A DNA stretch of 64,000 nucleotides from the human T2T-CHM13v2.0 reference genome, Homo sapiens. A program made the position numbers and the translations under genes. Where the stretch lies: NCBI RefSeq assembly GCF_009914755.1, contig NC_060948.1. One strand, written 5' to 3'. Positions 47,511-61,433 of the stretch are shown in pieces; position 1 is the first letter of the stretch; every line of letters starts with the position of its first letter. Under the pieces are notes generated by a model. The model saw nothing but the letters and a program-made list of their open reading frames with translations. It searched no databases and was not told the DNA's origin.

Positions 47511-50500
47511 CTTCCCAAACAATTAAAAATTCCCAATAGAAGAAGCATTAATTATATCAAAAAGTGGTGGACCAAGAAGGAACTATTAGCCTCATATCTC
47601 AAGAAAGACTCCAGTCAAGGCCTAGGGACTACTCATGAAAAGAGTTTAATAGCCGACTCTCTCCCAGTGGATCTGGATTCCACCGGACTGTATCTTCACA
47701 GTAAGGGTGAAACAGAAGCAAACCCATTCCTATTTCCAAGCTCAAGGAACTTTGGTCAAAGTTCTCTTGGAGCTGAGCAGAACAAGGAGGCAAACAGAAA
47801 AGATTTGTGTCCCTGAGAAGTCATGGCCACAGGCTGGCTATCACACAGATTGTCAAGCCAGTTCCATATTGCATGGGTATTACAGAAAATCTCAAAACAT
47901 AAATTTGTGTGTGGGTTGTCCCAGAGTAGCAGGATCTGGCAGAAGGAAATTTCCTTCTAACCCTCAAAGAATCCACATAAATCTTGTTACATTTGGGATT
48001 TTACGATTTGCTTCAGGAATGAGAATGGCCTTAATTTTCATATCTTTTTCTACACTCAGTTTATGGCTTGTTGGCGTCAAAGTTCTGCTTGCTTCACACA
48101 ATGAGTTTAGGATTTTCCCTTTTTTATTCTATAGAATTCTTCATATATATTGAAATGCTCTGCCTGGGGAAAAAAATCTGAGCCTAGCGTTTTATCTCTA
48201 GGAAGAATCCTTTATTTCCTTGAACATTTATGAGACTATACAGATTATATATGTCTTCTTGTATCAATTTTACTAAGCTATATACATAGCTTATGTTTAT
48301 ATATTATATATATAAATGTAAGATACAAATATAAAAATTATGTATAAATATGAAAATATATATAGAAAGCGATATATATGTCTATATATATAGACAGATT
48401 ATAAATATCTGTCTATTTGATCTAAGTTTTCAAATTTGTAGGTTAAGGTGTTAATGATATTTCCTTATTAGCTTCTTAATCTATGCTGTATCTATGGTTG
48501 TGTACCTTTTAAATTCTTAGTTTTATCTATGTTTTCTCCCTTTTTTTCTAAACTTGACTGACGGTTGCATCATTTATTATATTTCTCCAACAAGCAAAGG
48601 TTAGCTTTGTATGTTTTACTAATTTTGTCTACATCATTATTCCCACACTTTAGTTTTTCAGAATTGATTCTGTTGTTTCTTTTCTAATTCTTTATTGAAA
48701 TATCTAGTACATTAATTTTCAAGTTATTAGAGAAATATTTGTCTGTAAACTCCTATTGTAATATCACTTTTCTTGCTACTCACAGATTTAATCTTTAATA
48801 TTGGCGGTATCATTGAGTTCTAAGTACATTTCAATTCCTAGTATGATAATCTATGAATTGCTGAGAAATAGTGTTTACAATTTTGTTGTTCTATTTCCAC
48901 TTAAGTTTATTTTTACTTCTGCTAACTCAATTGAAAATTCTTTACTAATTTTTAAAATCCTTGAACCCAAGAGATGGAGGTTGCAGTGAGCTGAGATCAG
49001 GCCACTGCATTCCAGACTGAGTGACAGAGTGGAACGAGATTTCAAAACAAAACAAAACAAAACAAAACAAAACAGTCACTGGAAAGATAATAAAATACAT
49101 AAATGTGGGATGTAATATGTAATCGTGATAAAATAAACTGGATTTTTTGTATAAGTTATACATATAAATGTAATGCCAAGACACTGATAAGACAACTCAT
49201 GGTCTTATCTCAATACTTAGTGTCTTCATGTAACATATGTCCTTTAGGATAGTTATAGTCCGTTTTCTTTCCAGGAGAGACAGATGAGAATGCAGAAATG
49301 TTAAAGTGCAAGGGACGGAAGCTTCCAGCTGTGCCCACCTGTAACCTGACGTAGACAGTTCCACCGTTTGCTTCATTAATCATGCCAAAGGCTCTAATGC
49401 AAATGTGGTACAGAGTCACATGTTTTTGTATCTACATGATAGAAACTATAACTTCATCCCTATATAGAAGGGTATATAGCATATGCCTCAGTGATAAATA
49501 TAAGTGAATCATTGATCAGTAGGAAACCATTTTAAAAGTCTTTCATAACAGAACAAAATCCCTGAAAACATTTTCTTCTCAATCTCTGAGTTTTCTTACA
49601 CGGCTTATGAATCTCTAGCCATACTAAAGAGATAGTATGCTGCTCTTCCCACAAATTATTCATTGTATATAATTCCTGTAATCTAATAACAGTACCTTTA
49701 CACCTCAGGGTTTAAAATGACTCCAACCTTTTTCTGTTTCTCCAATTAAAATAACTTTTTTAAGGTTTAATCTTCAGTAATTTTTTGTAGTAATATTTTT
49801 GAAGGTATTTGACCAGGATGATTTGCTTATATACCTACCTGACGTCTCCCTTTCTTCTGAATACATATTTTATTACCCACCTATTAGATCTAAGTTTAAG
49901 AAGTTGGAATAGGGATTTAAATCTAAATTCTACATTTGAATTTACAGGAGTCAGCGAGTCCGGGAAGTGCCTTTATGCACAGACCAATATCTGGCAATGG
50001 CACTAGGAGACAAATAAGCTTTACCAGTCTCAAAGCCCTGGCTACTACAGTGAATCCACCCTTCTCCTGGATCTTATCTACTTCAGCAAAAGAAGGCCAC
50101 CCACTAAACCAGGCCCTTGTACTTTGGGTGGAAACTCCTAAGTCCTCTAGTCTCCTCAAACAGACAGCCAGGCTGCCAATTTCCACAATAATAATTTCTA
50201 TAGCACTGAGCCTTTGGTAGCCTTGTAACTATAGCTACTGATGCTACAGTCTGGTCCCTGTATGATAAAACACCAGAGCAACAGAAACAAAAATATTGAC
50301 TGAAGCCTTCTAAAATCTCTCTAAATATACCTTCAATAAATATGGTTTTTTTTACAGAACGACTGCTTTCAGCTTCCTGAACTAACGCTTGGCCTTCGCT
50401 AGTTGTCACTGTTGAAATTGATTCAAAAGTGTACCTTTAACATGAAAGTCAACACAGAATTTCATGTGTCAGCAACTAAAATTTTCAAAATGTTGCAAAA

Positions 50501-50834
50501 TACAAATGTGAAACTGTATTTGTGAAATTTACCATTCATTGAAATTATATTTTCATACCTACCCAGGCACAGAATTTTTTATAACTGTCTGCATGTTCTC
50601 CTCATGTGGGGGAAAAGCAGCATCAGCAGGCAGAGGAATCCTTTGAAGCTGGAGGGAGAGGTTGCAGTGATCTGAGAGTTTGCCACTTGACTGCAGCCTG
50701 GATGACACAGTGAGACTCCAACTGAAAAGAAACAAACACACACACACACACACACACAAACACACACCCCCAAAATTCATAAGTAAAAAAAAAATCCATA
50801 TTCGAAAACATGCTCACAGGCTAACTCCCATATC

Positions 50835-50881
<47 letters not shown>

Positions 50882-51297
50882 TCCTTGAAAACGAAAGTTC
50901 CACAAGGGCAAAAGAAGAAAACAAATTTAACACCCCCCAAAGAAAGTACAAAGAGTAACCTCAAAAGAACTGCAGGGGAAAACAATTCAAAATTTACAAG
51001 TATCTACCCTAAAAGAAGCTGAAAGTCCCTCAAAAACTTTCCAGAGGCCATGTCCTTGTATTACAAAAATGATCATAAAAACTGGCAGGAGTAGACGAAT
51101 AGAAATGCATCTTAAAACTTGCTAAACCCTTCAAGTCTCCCATAAGAATTGTAATGGAAAATGGATCGGTCGGCAGCTTTTTCCATACAATTATGAACAA
51201 ATTATATTTCTTCATACATAGATTTGTTTTTTCAATATTCTAAGGAATTAACTTTTATATTAATAGTAGGTGATGTAAGAAAGCAGGCCTTTATCAA

Positions 51298-54198
51298 GAT
51301 AACTGACACTGGATGTCCATACCATTACTCAGGTGGGCCTTAATTCCCAGCCGGGTTCCCTCCCTGGACACACACTGAAGGTCCCCAGCCATTTGGCAAT
51401 CTCTTCACATTCCCAGCCCTGGAGGTAGCCCTAAAATACATGTACCTGAAGAAAATAAAACATTGCCTCACACTGGAGCCCAGTGTGGTCCTCCAGATTC
51501 CGTGTGAGGTGGACTAACTTATATGGGAAGGCAGGGCAGCGGGAGTGAGGATGGCAGAGAGGATTACACATGTCAAGGCAGCCGGGGTCATGGAAACAAA
51601 ACATGACTGGCCTGGGAGAAACACTGTGAAAGGACATACACCTAGGTGGGCCTCAGGTGGACATCCTCGTGGAGAAAAAGGGGGCCCTGGTTGATCTCAA
51701 AATGAGCCCCAGGTGGTAGCAGGTCTTACCGCAGGGCAGGGAGCTGGCGAGTAATGATGAGACAGCTATCCCTTAAGCCCTGCTTGTCACCCACTGACTT
51801 TAGCCACATATGCATCATAGTGGCTTAAGGTGCCCCGATCCTGAAATGTGGGTGTTACATGTCCCTGATGGGCCTCTCTCCCCCAACCCACGGATTGCCT
51901 GGGATTGCTCACTGCAGTCTCCTCCCGGATCCTTGGGTTCTCCATGTGGGGCCCAGATCCAGGTCAAAAGGCCTCTCAGTTCCCAGCCCTTCCCAGCCCT
52001 AGGCTGCTCGCCTGGCCTCCTCTCTGTTCCGCCTCTAGGGCTGACCCTCTCTCCATGGGATAGAACTGCAATGGATTGAGCCATAGGCCCTGGCTGATGA
52101 TCTAGGTGACTGCAGAAGTGGGTCCAGGACAGTTCAGGTGACAGTTCAAAGCCAATTCCCCAGAGACCAAGGAATGACCAGCTAGGTCCTTTCCCATGAT
52201 GCCCCACGGCGAACCCCACCTCAGCAATCCTGCCAAAACCCGGGCAGTCATGTTCAGCCAAACAGCTGAATGAGCTCAGGTAGGAGGTGTACTGCCTGCA
52301 GCTGGAGGCTTGACCTTCGTGATCCCAGAACCGCTGGACTGCAGTGGAATGAGACACCCTGTAGCCTGCAGGGAGAGGAGTCAGGAAGGTTCATGCCAGT
52401 CCCACCCTCCCACACACCAGCTCCCCTACCATGCTGGGAGGCATTCCTTACCGAGGATGCCAACACAGTGCTCCTTCATGATGATTTCACTGTGGAAATA
52501 AAGGTTGGGATGAAAGGAAATCATCCTGCCACCGGTAACCGGGATGGCTGAGTTCCTCCACCTGCCGGATCAAGGAGAAAGAGGATGGATTCAATGGGAC
52601 CATCTCAACTAGCCGGGCTGAGGTGGCCTACTAGCTGTAGTGAACCATGAGTTTCCCCTTCCCAGCTCTCCCACTGAGACAACCCTGGTCCCCAGGGGGA
52701 CCTCAAACTGACTCAGACACTGGACTCCTCCCACAGACCCAGGCTCCCCAGCCTGACCTGCAAATCCATCACGTAGCAAAGCAGGACTTCCGCATGCTTT
52801 CCGACCCACGCCGACATCTCGTGTGCCAAACAATCTACCTCTGCGCAAGAACTCTCCAGAGGATTGGGTGGGCAAGCCTCGTGACGCCTTGCAATTTCGC
52901 AAGAACACAGACAATGTGGAACAGGGCCATCTCCCAGACATTTGGCCAGTCACCCTTCATTGTTGGCCCTCTATCTCTGTCTGGCGAGGAGGCAACGCCA
53001 CAACTGTGGTGGTTTTTGGAGTGGGTGGACCCCGGCCAAGACGGCCTGGGCTGACCAGAGACGGGAGGCAGAAAAAGTGGGCAGGTGGTTGCAGCTGAGG
53101 GACGGGAGGGGCCGGGGGTGGTGTGAGGCGGCTGCTTCTCTGAGTTTCTGAGATGCAGGAGGCCTTTGTGTGCTGGGTGCTGGACATGCTCCGCTGATGT
53201 CCGGGTGTGTGGTGTCCTCTTATCCTAGTCTCCCTGAGGGGTGGGCCTGTCCACCTGAGGGAAGCCTTGTAGTTAGAAGCCACAGCAGGGTCGTGCCTGG
53301 CGCTCTCCAAGGGAATTGCGTGGGTCCAGAGGAAGTTATACAGGCTCAGGGCCTACACGCCTTTGAGTGCAGCGCCTGCAGTTGGATGAATGCGCATCTG
53401 CGGAGCTGGTGCCCGCCGTCAGGTGGTCGGCAGCCCCATGCGCCGCGAACCCGTCTTAAGCACCTTGCGTTTCTGGGGTGAGCCTGCTGGAAACAGGCAC
53501 CGAGAGCAGGGGTGGTTCAATGGCTGGTAATGGCATACAGATTCCCCGTCCTCCAGGGACGTTCCCAGGGAAACGCGTCCTTCGAATTTGGGCTGTGCGC
53601 AAAGGGACCTTGGCGCCGCGATTCTCCCTTGTCAGTGCTGGCCCTGGCTCCCCTTCCCTACCACGTGCTCCCAGGGCTGCTACAAGCGAGCTGCCCTCAC
53701 AGCTGCGGGAACGTGGCCTCGGCTCCCACGCTGTCCCCCATCCCCTGCCTCCTGGCTGACCCCACGTGCCTCCCACCTGGCTCCTCCCCGCAAACAGCCC
53801 CCATACCCCCCGAGGCCCGATGACTATCCCCTGCTGCCCGCCATCCCAAATCGGCAGCCGCAAGGATATGGCTCTGGCTCACAAGGCGGAGATGCTCTGT
53901 GGCCTGGGGCATTCACGGAGCCCAGCTCCAAGTGAAGGACCTCCAGCGAGTCCATTGACGGCCCCGGTGTGCTCGGTCCAGGGCCAGGCTGTGCCCGCTG
54001 GCCCTCCTTCTGCCACCCCACGTCGGGCTCCACCTCAACCACCACCTCCACCTCAGCCATGATGTCTTCCACCTTCAGCACCGCCTCCTCTTCCAAGGCC
54101 GCCTCCTTGCTCTGTACCCCGGCCGTCCTCTCCAGCATTGCCTCCAGCCTGAACACGGTTTTCTCCTGGGTGCTCCCACAGACCCTGGGCCTGCGCAG
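51298..54198 (-). pseudogene. TSPY-family relic A, unit 3
   Basis: Copy of 10660-13560 (offset +40638). Confidence 0.92.
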
Positions 54199-55211
54199 CC
54201 CAGCCCAGCCCAGCCCATGCCCCGCACCCGTAGGCTCTGGGGGCCCGCTCCCCAGCAGACCCGCTCCCTGCAAGACCCACGGGCGTCGCCCTGCTGTGAA
54301 CCTGGTCCCACACCTACGTGGACCCAGGTTTCCTGAGGAGCTCCGCTGGACCCGCAGATCCCGCACTGGCCAAAGGGCTCCGGTCCCCAGCAGGCTCAAC
54401 TGCGCACAGGAGCTCGGGAGCCAGAGGCCCCGGCCCTGGGCTTGCAGAGCCCCACCAACAGGCACCGCAACCGCTGCTGCGGGTGCGGGAGCCTCTGGGT
54501 CGTCAAGGCAGCGCACAACAGCGTGCGCGCAGGCCGACAATGGCCAACCCTGGCGGCTGGCCTCTGGTGTGCCCAGGGCATAGGACAAGAGGCCCTTTGG
54601 AATGCTCCTTGGAGTACAGCATCCTCAGGGAGGAAGCATGGTACTCGGAGCCTCTATTTGCCTCGACCTGTGAGAGTGTGTGCCGGGGCTCTGGCCTCTA
54701 CAGCAGATCAATTCCACCTCAGCACCGGCAGGCGACTTTCCTCCCACGTGCCCGCCCCGATCACTTCCCCCAGGACACCCCTGCCGCCCTAGCCCCAGCA
54801 ACCAGAGAGAGTTCTCTGCATCTGCTGTATTACCTCCGTACCATCTACCTGGCCTGCCTAACGAAGAGAGATGTTTCCTGTGTTCATGACACATAGAGAT
54901 GTTCATGGCTTGCCACACTGAGGATGTCAGGGCACAGGGCTGCCATGCCCACAATTCCAAAGGCCACGCAGCCCGCGTGTGCCCGGATGCCTAGCTACCC
55001 GGCACAAGCTCCAAGGGCTTCTCGGAGGAGGCTTGGGCAGGGAAGGCGGGGGGTGGGGGGGCTGGAGATGCAGGCCCGCCAGTGGCTGTGCCGCCCAGGG
55101 AGACGCCCACCGCCCTCCCATTGACTGGCCACGACGGGAGGAAGTCGGCCTGGGTGCGGCCCCCCGGCCCTTCGCGCGCAGTCCCTTAGGGGGCGCCTGG
55201 AAGCCCGGCGC

Positions 55212-57792
55212 ATGCGCCCTGAGGGCTCGCTGACCTACCGGGTGCCAGAGAGGCTGCGGCAGGGTTTCTGTGGCGTGGGTCGGGCAGCACAGGCCTTGGT
55301 GTGTGCGAGTGCCAAGGAGGGCACCGCCTTCAGGATGGAGGCTGTACAGGAGGGGGCGGCCGGGGTGGAGAGTGAGCAGGCGGCTTTGGGGGAGGAGGCG
55401 GTGCTGCTGTTGGATGACATAATGGCGGAGGTGGAGGTGGTGGCGGAGGTGGAGGTGGTGGCGGAGGAGGAGGGCCTCGTGGAGCGGCGGGAGGAGGCCC
55501 AGCGGGCACAGCAGGCTGTGCCTGGCCCTGGGCCCATGACCCCAGAGTCTGCACTGGAGGAGCTGCTGGCCGTTCAGGTGGAGCTGGAGCCGGTTAATGC
55601 CGAAGCCAGGAAGGCCTTTTCTCGGCAGCGGGAAAAGATGGAGCGGAGGCGCAAGCCCCAGCTAGACCGCAGAGGCGCCGTCATCCAGAGCGTCCCTGGC
55701 TTCTGGGCCAATGTTGTATCCTTCTCAGTGTTTCTTCGGCCTTTCTAGTGGAGAGGTGCTCTCGGGGAAGTGTAAGTGACCGATGGGCAGCTCGGCGTCG
55801 ATGTGACTCTTTGGGGAACAAAGGGGAGTTGCCACGGACCAATGTGGCTGTGGAAAGCCGGAGCAGGCGTGGGTACTATTGTCCTGCATGCGGCAGAGAA
55901 ACCCTTGGTGATGCCGAGCAGCAGACGTTTGGGGCATCTTTTTGAAGAGCAGAAGCGAGTTCAGAGCGGAAGAGGTTTTTCAGTGAATGAAGCTATTTTT
56001 AAGGGAGTGTGATTGCTGCCCCTTGCTAGTCCGATCTGGGACTGGGCGTCTTCGGCTATAAGCAGATTCTGCCACTCCTCAGACACCAGCAAGTCTCTGC
56101 AAATCGCGCCTCCCCATGTCAGTGCAGTCAGCCTCAGAATCATACACCCTCTGTGAACACAGGAGGCCTTAGTTTACGGGGACGGGGAGGCGAAAGGAGA
56201 TCATACATGGAAGCAGATCTGAGAAATCCCCTACCCCAGCCTCTGGGTGCTCTTAGGCCTTCTTCCCTGTTGCTCCTCGCTTTCCCTTCCATCGTGTGTA
56301 AAGTCTCTTTGACCTAAATCAGATTGCAAACCACCCCCAGATGTCAGCCCTGATCACTGACGAAGATGAAGACATGCTGAGCTACATGGTCAGCCTGGAG
56401 GTGAGGCCAGGAAGACTGGGGCTAGAGGGTTTAGCGGGGGAGGGTAAGGGAAATAATTCATTCCTGTAAGCAAGAGTGAGCACCTCACCCGAAAACCTAT
56501 CTAAGCTTTCTCCACCTTGTCCTGACAGGTGGAAGAAGAGAAGCATCGTGTTCATCTCTGCAAGATCATGTTGTTCTTTCGGAGTAACCCCTACTTCCAG
56601 AATAAAGTGATTACCAAGGAATATCTGGTGAACATCACAGGTGACAGGTGGCTCCCAGGATGGGTAGTGGAAGGAAGATGGTGGGTGGATCATTGCCAAC
56701 GGGATCCAGCCCCCTTCCCACAAAAACTCCTGTCTCTGTAGAATACAGGGCTTCTCATTCCACTCCAATTGAGTGGTATCCGGATTATGAAGTGGAGGCC
56801 TATCGCCGCAGACACCACAACAGCAGCCTTAACTTCTTCAACTGGTTCTCTGACCACAACTTCGCAGGATCTAACAAGATTGCTGAGGTGAGTCCTCACT
56901 GGGAAACATGAGGAATGACCCCGTGTGTTCCCAGCTGCTTGGGTCACCTTTCTGAGCCCTGATGAGGCCTTTCCCGATTGAGTCCCCTGACAGATCCTAT
57001 GTAAGGACCTGTGGCGCAATCCCCTGCAATACTACAAGAGGATGAAGCCACCTGAAGAGGGAACAGAGACGTCAGGTGAGCCGTTAGTTGGCACTGGAGC
57101 TGTTTGATGCCCAGTATAAGGGGGTTGACACACCTGCCTATTCAGGGAGCCTGGGTGCTCATTTCAGAAATGTAGAAATTGAGGCTCCTTTCGTACATGT
57201 AGAAATTCCTTGAGAGGAAGACAGAGAGTGACAGAATCCAGGACGTTCATGGCATTGGGCTGAAAAGGCACGTTAGAGACTGCACTGCAAAGCGGATGAT
57301 AGCTGTGGAGTCTTAAGCCCAGTGAAGAATCGTCCATTTCCAGAATCAATGAGAAGTAAAGCTGAAAATCATTCAGTTCAGTCTGTGGCACTTGATTCCA
57401 CGGCTGTCAACCCCACCGGCAGTCATCCCGCCAACCCCATGAGATTGGGCTCCCTGAATGTGCGTCCTGGTCATCCTTGCCCCAAACCACAAAGGACTGT
57501 TTAGATTGATGGATTTCCTTAAGCTGTTGCCCCATCAGACTTGTGTGTGCTTTTAGGGCCCAGTGCATCTTGTTAGCTGACTCCCCTCACAGACAATACT
57601 GGGAATGGGGCAGGGATTGCGCAGAACAGTTTGTAACACGTGGTAGGAGGAAGTTTAAGGGATCACAAATGGGGAAGGGATATCCTTTTCTCAGCGGGCC
57701 CCACAATTGAAACATTTCAAAGTATGGCTCAGAGAAAATGCGTTTTAACATGAGTTTGTGTTTCTCTAGGGGACTCCCAGTTGTTGAGTTGA
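55212..57792 (+). CDS. TSPY: TSPY copy 3, 314 aa (18-bp duplication; Q125E, H144Q, P195R in 308-aa numbering)
   Basis: Exons 55212-55715, 56323-56400, 56529-56640, 56742-56887, 56994-57075, 57770-57792; GT-AG intact, no stops. Confidence 0.97.
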
Positions 57793-57962
57793 ATATGATG
57801 GAGCATCAGATTTTACCTAATACAGCAGAACTCCTAAAAAGTTACAGCCATATGCAGGACGGCAGTACTCAGCATGGTCTTATGCACAGGAACTAAAGGA
57901 AAAAGAGATCGAGTCACAAAAATTCAGGAAGAGGGGGTAAATGTGGATTGTATGGAATGAAA

Positions 57963-57968
57963 AATAAA
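57963..57968 (+). terminator. TSPY poly(A) signal, copy 3
   Basis: AATAAA followed by (TG)n. Confidence 0.85.
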
Positions 57969-58016
57969 CATTCTCAAGGATGTGTGACTCTGTGTCTGTG
58001 TGTGTGTGTGTGTCTT

Positions 58017-58057
<41 letters not shown>

Positions 58058-60713
58058 ATCCACTTTATTCGGGTGTCATAATGAATTGATCAATCCACGT
58101 GCTTTATTCTCTTCATGGAAATAACCAGTCTGCGTTGGAGCTGGGCCTCTAAAGTTGTAGAGTGAATGGGTGTGGGATGTGTTGGGATTCTTCCTACAGG
58201 ACAGAGTGGGAGAGGTAAAAGCAAAAGACAGCTTAGTTGGAGGCTGACTTCGTCCTATGGAAGCAGAGATAGTTCAAGGAAAGGGGTTACTGGGTTTCCA
58301 GGGCCCAGTTTGCTGGGACCTCCAAAATCCTTCATTTTGGGTATCATCATACACAGTAGCTAAGCACAGGATGATGGAAATCTTAAAGTTCGCTTTCGTG
58401 TTGAATCCACATGTTCTTTTAAAGGTGAATGCATGATCCTTTTCTGGGACAATCAGCCTCTCAGGACTTCTGAAACATCAACGTGAGAAGAAATGGGCAT
58501 GTAAGGTGTATGGAGGGACTGTGGGAAAGGTGATAGAGGCATGTGGGAAGGCATTCAGGATACGCTTTTGGCAGAGATGACTAAGGGAAAACAGAAACTT
58601 ACAGAAGTGAGGGGAAAGGGGGTGGATTAGTGGAATATAAGATTGTTGGAGAATCCATCCATGGACTCTCTTGTCACTTGATGACCCAGGATATGGACAC
58701 TCTTGTTGATGTTTACATCTTTAGTTGTTTTAAGCTTTTCTCCAAGATTCTGTGTTAGGTGAGGAGCCAATAACGTATGTAGCTAACAACAGTACGAGTG
58801 CATTTTGTGCTCTTGCAAAGTCTAGTGAGGCTCTATTCTCCCTCGTGATTGGCACTGCAGATTGTATCTGGACCCAGGGCCCCTAAATTTTCTGTGGCCT
58901 CTTCAGCATAGTTTGCCTAAGGTTTAGAACGTAAAGCGAATATAGTTGCGGAATATGTTTTGCAAGCCTCACACAGGAGGACAAAACATACAGCTTTCAT
59001 TTGTGAGTGGGAGGCTGCTTCCCAGGAACACGTGTGTCTGCACAAGACAAGGGGTTGCCTCTGTCAAGGATGGGGCAGGAGGATTTCAGTGTCGGAGGCA
59101 GAACTTTCTTTCCTGTTCCCAGATGAAACAGTTCCAACACGAGCATCCATGTTGACCACACGCTACTAGAGTGCTAACATTGCTGTCCCGTATAGACTCC
59201 GGTCAGCACAGCTTCTGTGAGAAGATCTATGTTGTTTCAGGGAAGAGGGTTTGACAGTCAAAGTTCCTGAATCTGTTGTGGTGCCTGCAATATGCATTCT
59301 ACCCCTCCTGCTCGGTGTCAAAGCAGTTGAGCTTTGAAAATCTATCGCCCGGTTTTGTCCCTGCTCCTATGCAGACCTCTGAAGCTCTGGAGCGGGAGTC
59401 TTGTCCTCCTCTGACTACCGTCCCCCTGACCCACAAACACAGGAGAAACAGGTGTTCTAAGCAAATTATTCTGAAAACAGTCGGAACACTTTGGCCCCCT
59501 CAAGCTGCCCTCTATCCTACTGTGTGCATGTCAAAGACACTGTGGTCCAGTACGGTATCCCTATAGCGGCAATGGGGCAACAGATTGGTGTGTGCACTCT
59601 GGGCAACTCAGATTAGGAAACGTCTGGGGACTTGCCTATAACGAGGTCGTCTTAAAACATGTTGCCCCAAATTTAAGGCATAGGAAAATGTTGAGGAAAG
59701 GGTCTTGCGATGATTTTTCTAGGAGGTAAATAGATAAGAAAATGACCGTAAATAGATGCCAGGGCTAGTTTTGGAGCTAGCCTTTTTTAAAGTGGTGGTA
59801 GGGGAGGAGGTTTTTCCAAGGCAGGTAGCAAACCAGGAACTGTCTACGATGGATGGGCGTGCCATGGGTTGGTGGCTCAGCCATATTGCCACCCCACGGA
59901 GTCGATGCAGCAGACTGGGCTTCTTGCTTGAATCCTACGTGCAATTCAGTCTAGTGATTTCACATGAGATCCCTTCTTCTGGTATTATCACAGATCGTGC
60001 TGAATTATACAGGCTGTGTAATGCTTCTTCCACTGAATATCCGTGCACGTGGGCCACAGATGCTAAGGGCACTGACAAATTTGCACCGTGCCTCAGTAAC
60101 TCGGAAGCACATCTGTGATTTGTACCGACAGGGACTTGGTGTCTTTTCGTGTTTAAAGTAGCACGTGTGTGTTTGTGGTTGCGTATGTTTATTTCTCTGT
60201 GCGGGTTTGTATATTTTCTCTGACTCCACCTATGTCTCCGTGGTTCCGATATTTTTCCACACTCCCTGCGGCAATTTGCACATGCCTATCTCTACAACCA
60301 TTGTAGACTTTGTATCTGTGTCTTTGAACATCTGTCACTCTCTCTCCCTTCCTTTTTTCTTTTCCTTCCTTTACACCCCTCCTTTCATCCTTCCCTTGCT
60401 TCCCCACCACACTCTCTCCATCTGTATCGTCTATGTTTCTATTCTCTATCTGGGTTAACTTTCTAATTCTGAATTCAAGGGCATTGAATTGAAAAGAAGC
60501 ACTCTTCGTACTTTTATGTGTTTTAACTCATTTGGGGAATTTGGCGTGGTATTATTTACAGGGTTCTCTCTGCCCTTTCTCATTGTTCTCCCCAGCCGGG
60601 GCTGTTATTATGTGAAAGCTGGTTTCCTTCATCACATCGCGTAGGCTCTAATGATGTTTCGTTTATTTTGATTCTCCTCACACTACATAGTTTTAATTTA
60701 CCTAATGTGACTG

Positions 60714-61019
60714 TTTTTTTGTTTGTTTTCCGAGAATGGGTCTTACTCTGTCTTCTAGGTTGGACAGCAGCCCCACGATCTCAGCCCACTGCAGCCCAGG
60801 CACCACACACCCATGTGATCCTGTCAACTCAGACTCTCACACACCTGGCAGTACAGGTGCATGCCACCCCTCCAAGCTATGTATTAATTAACTAAATACT
60901 TACTTTTTGAATGTGGGTCCATGTTGCCCCAGGCTCATCTGGAACTCCTGAGTGCAGGCAATCCTCCCACCTCAGCTTATCAAAGTGCTGGGATGACAGG
61001 TGTGACCCATGGCCCTGCC
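60714..61019 (-). mobile_element. Old Alu (AluJ-like)
   Basis: Copy of 20055-20360. Confidence 0.85.
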
Positions 61020-61433
61020 ATGGCTTTGTGTTTTTTGCTTTTTTCTTCCTCCTCCTCACGTCTTGTTTTGAAACATGCACTGAAGGTTTCAATTCATGGA
61101 CTATAGCCTCTGTGCCTGGAATTTCTATCTTTCAACTCATCATCAGCATTCATTGGGATTTTCATATATATATATACCTATATAAGAATACCTATGTACA
61201 CACATATATACGTATATACATGTATATACGTATATATGCACATTTATATACGTATATACATGTATATACGTATATATATACATGTACACATATGTATTTA
61301 TTTCTCAAGTTACGAAACGGCTTGCATTCTTTCCTGTGTCATGAAAAAGACTTTGCTAGAAAAGAAAAGCACTGCTTTATAATAAAATATTTTATTTGCA
61401 TTTATTTTGTTAAGGCATTTTAAAAATTGTATG

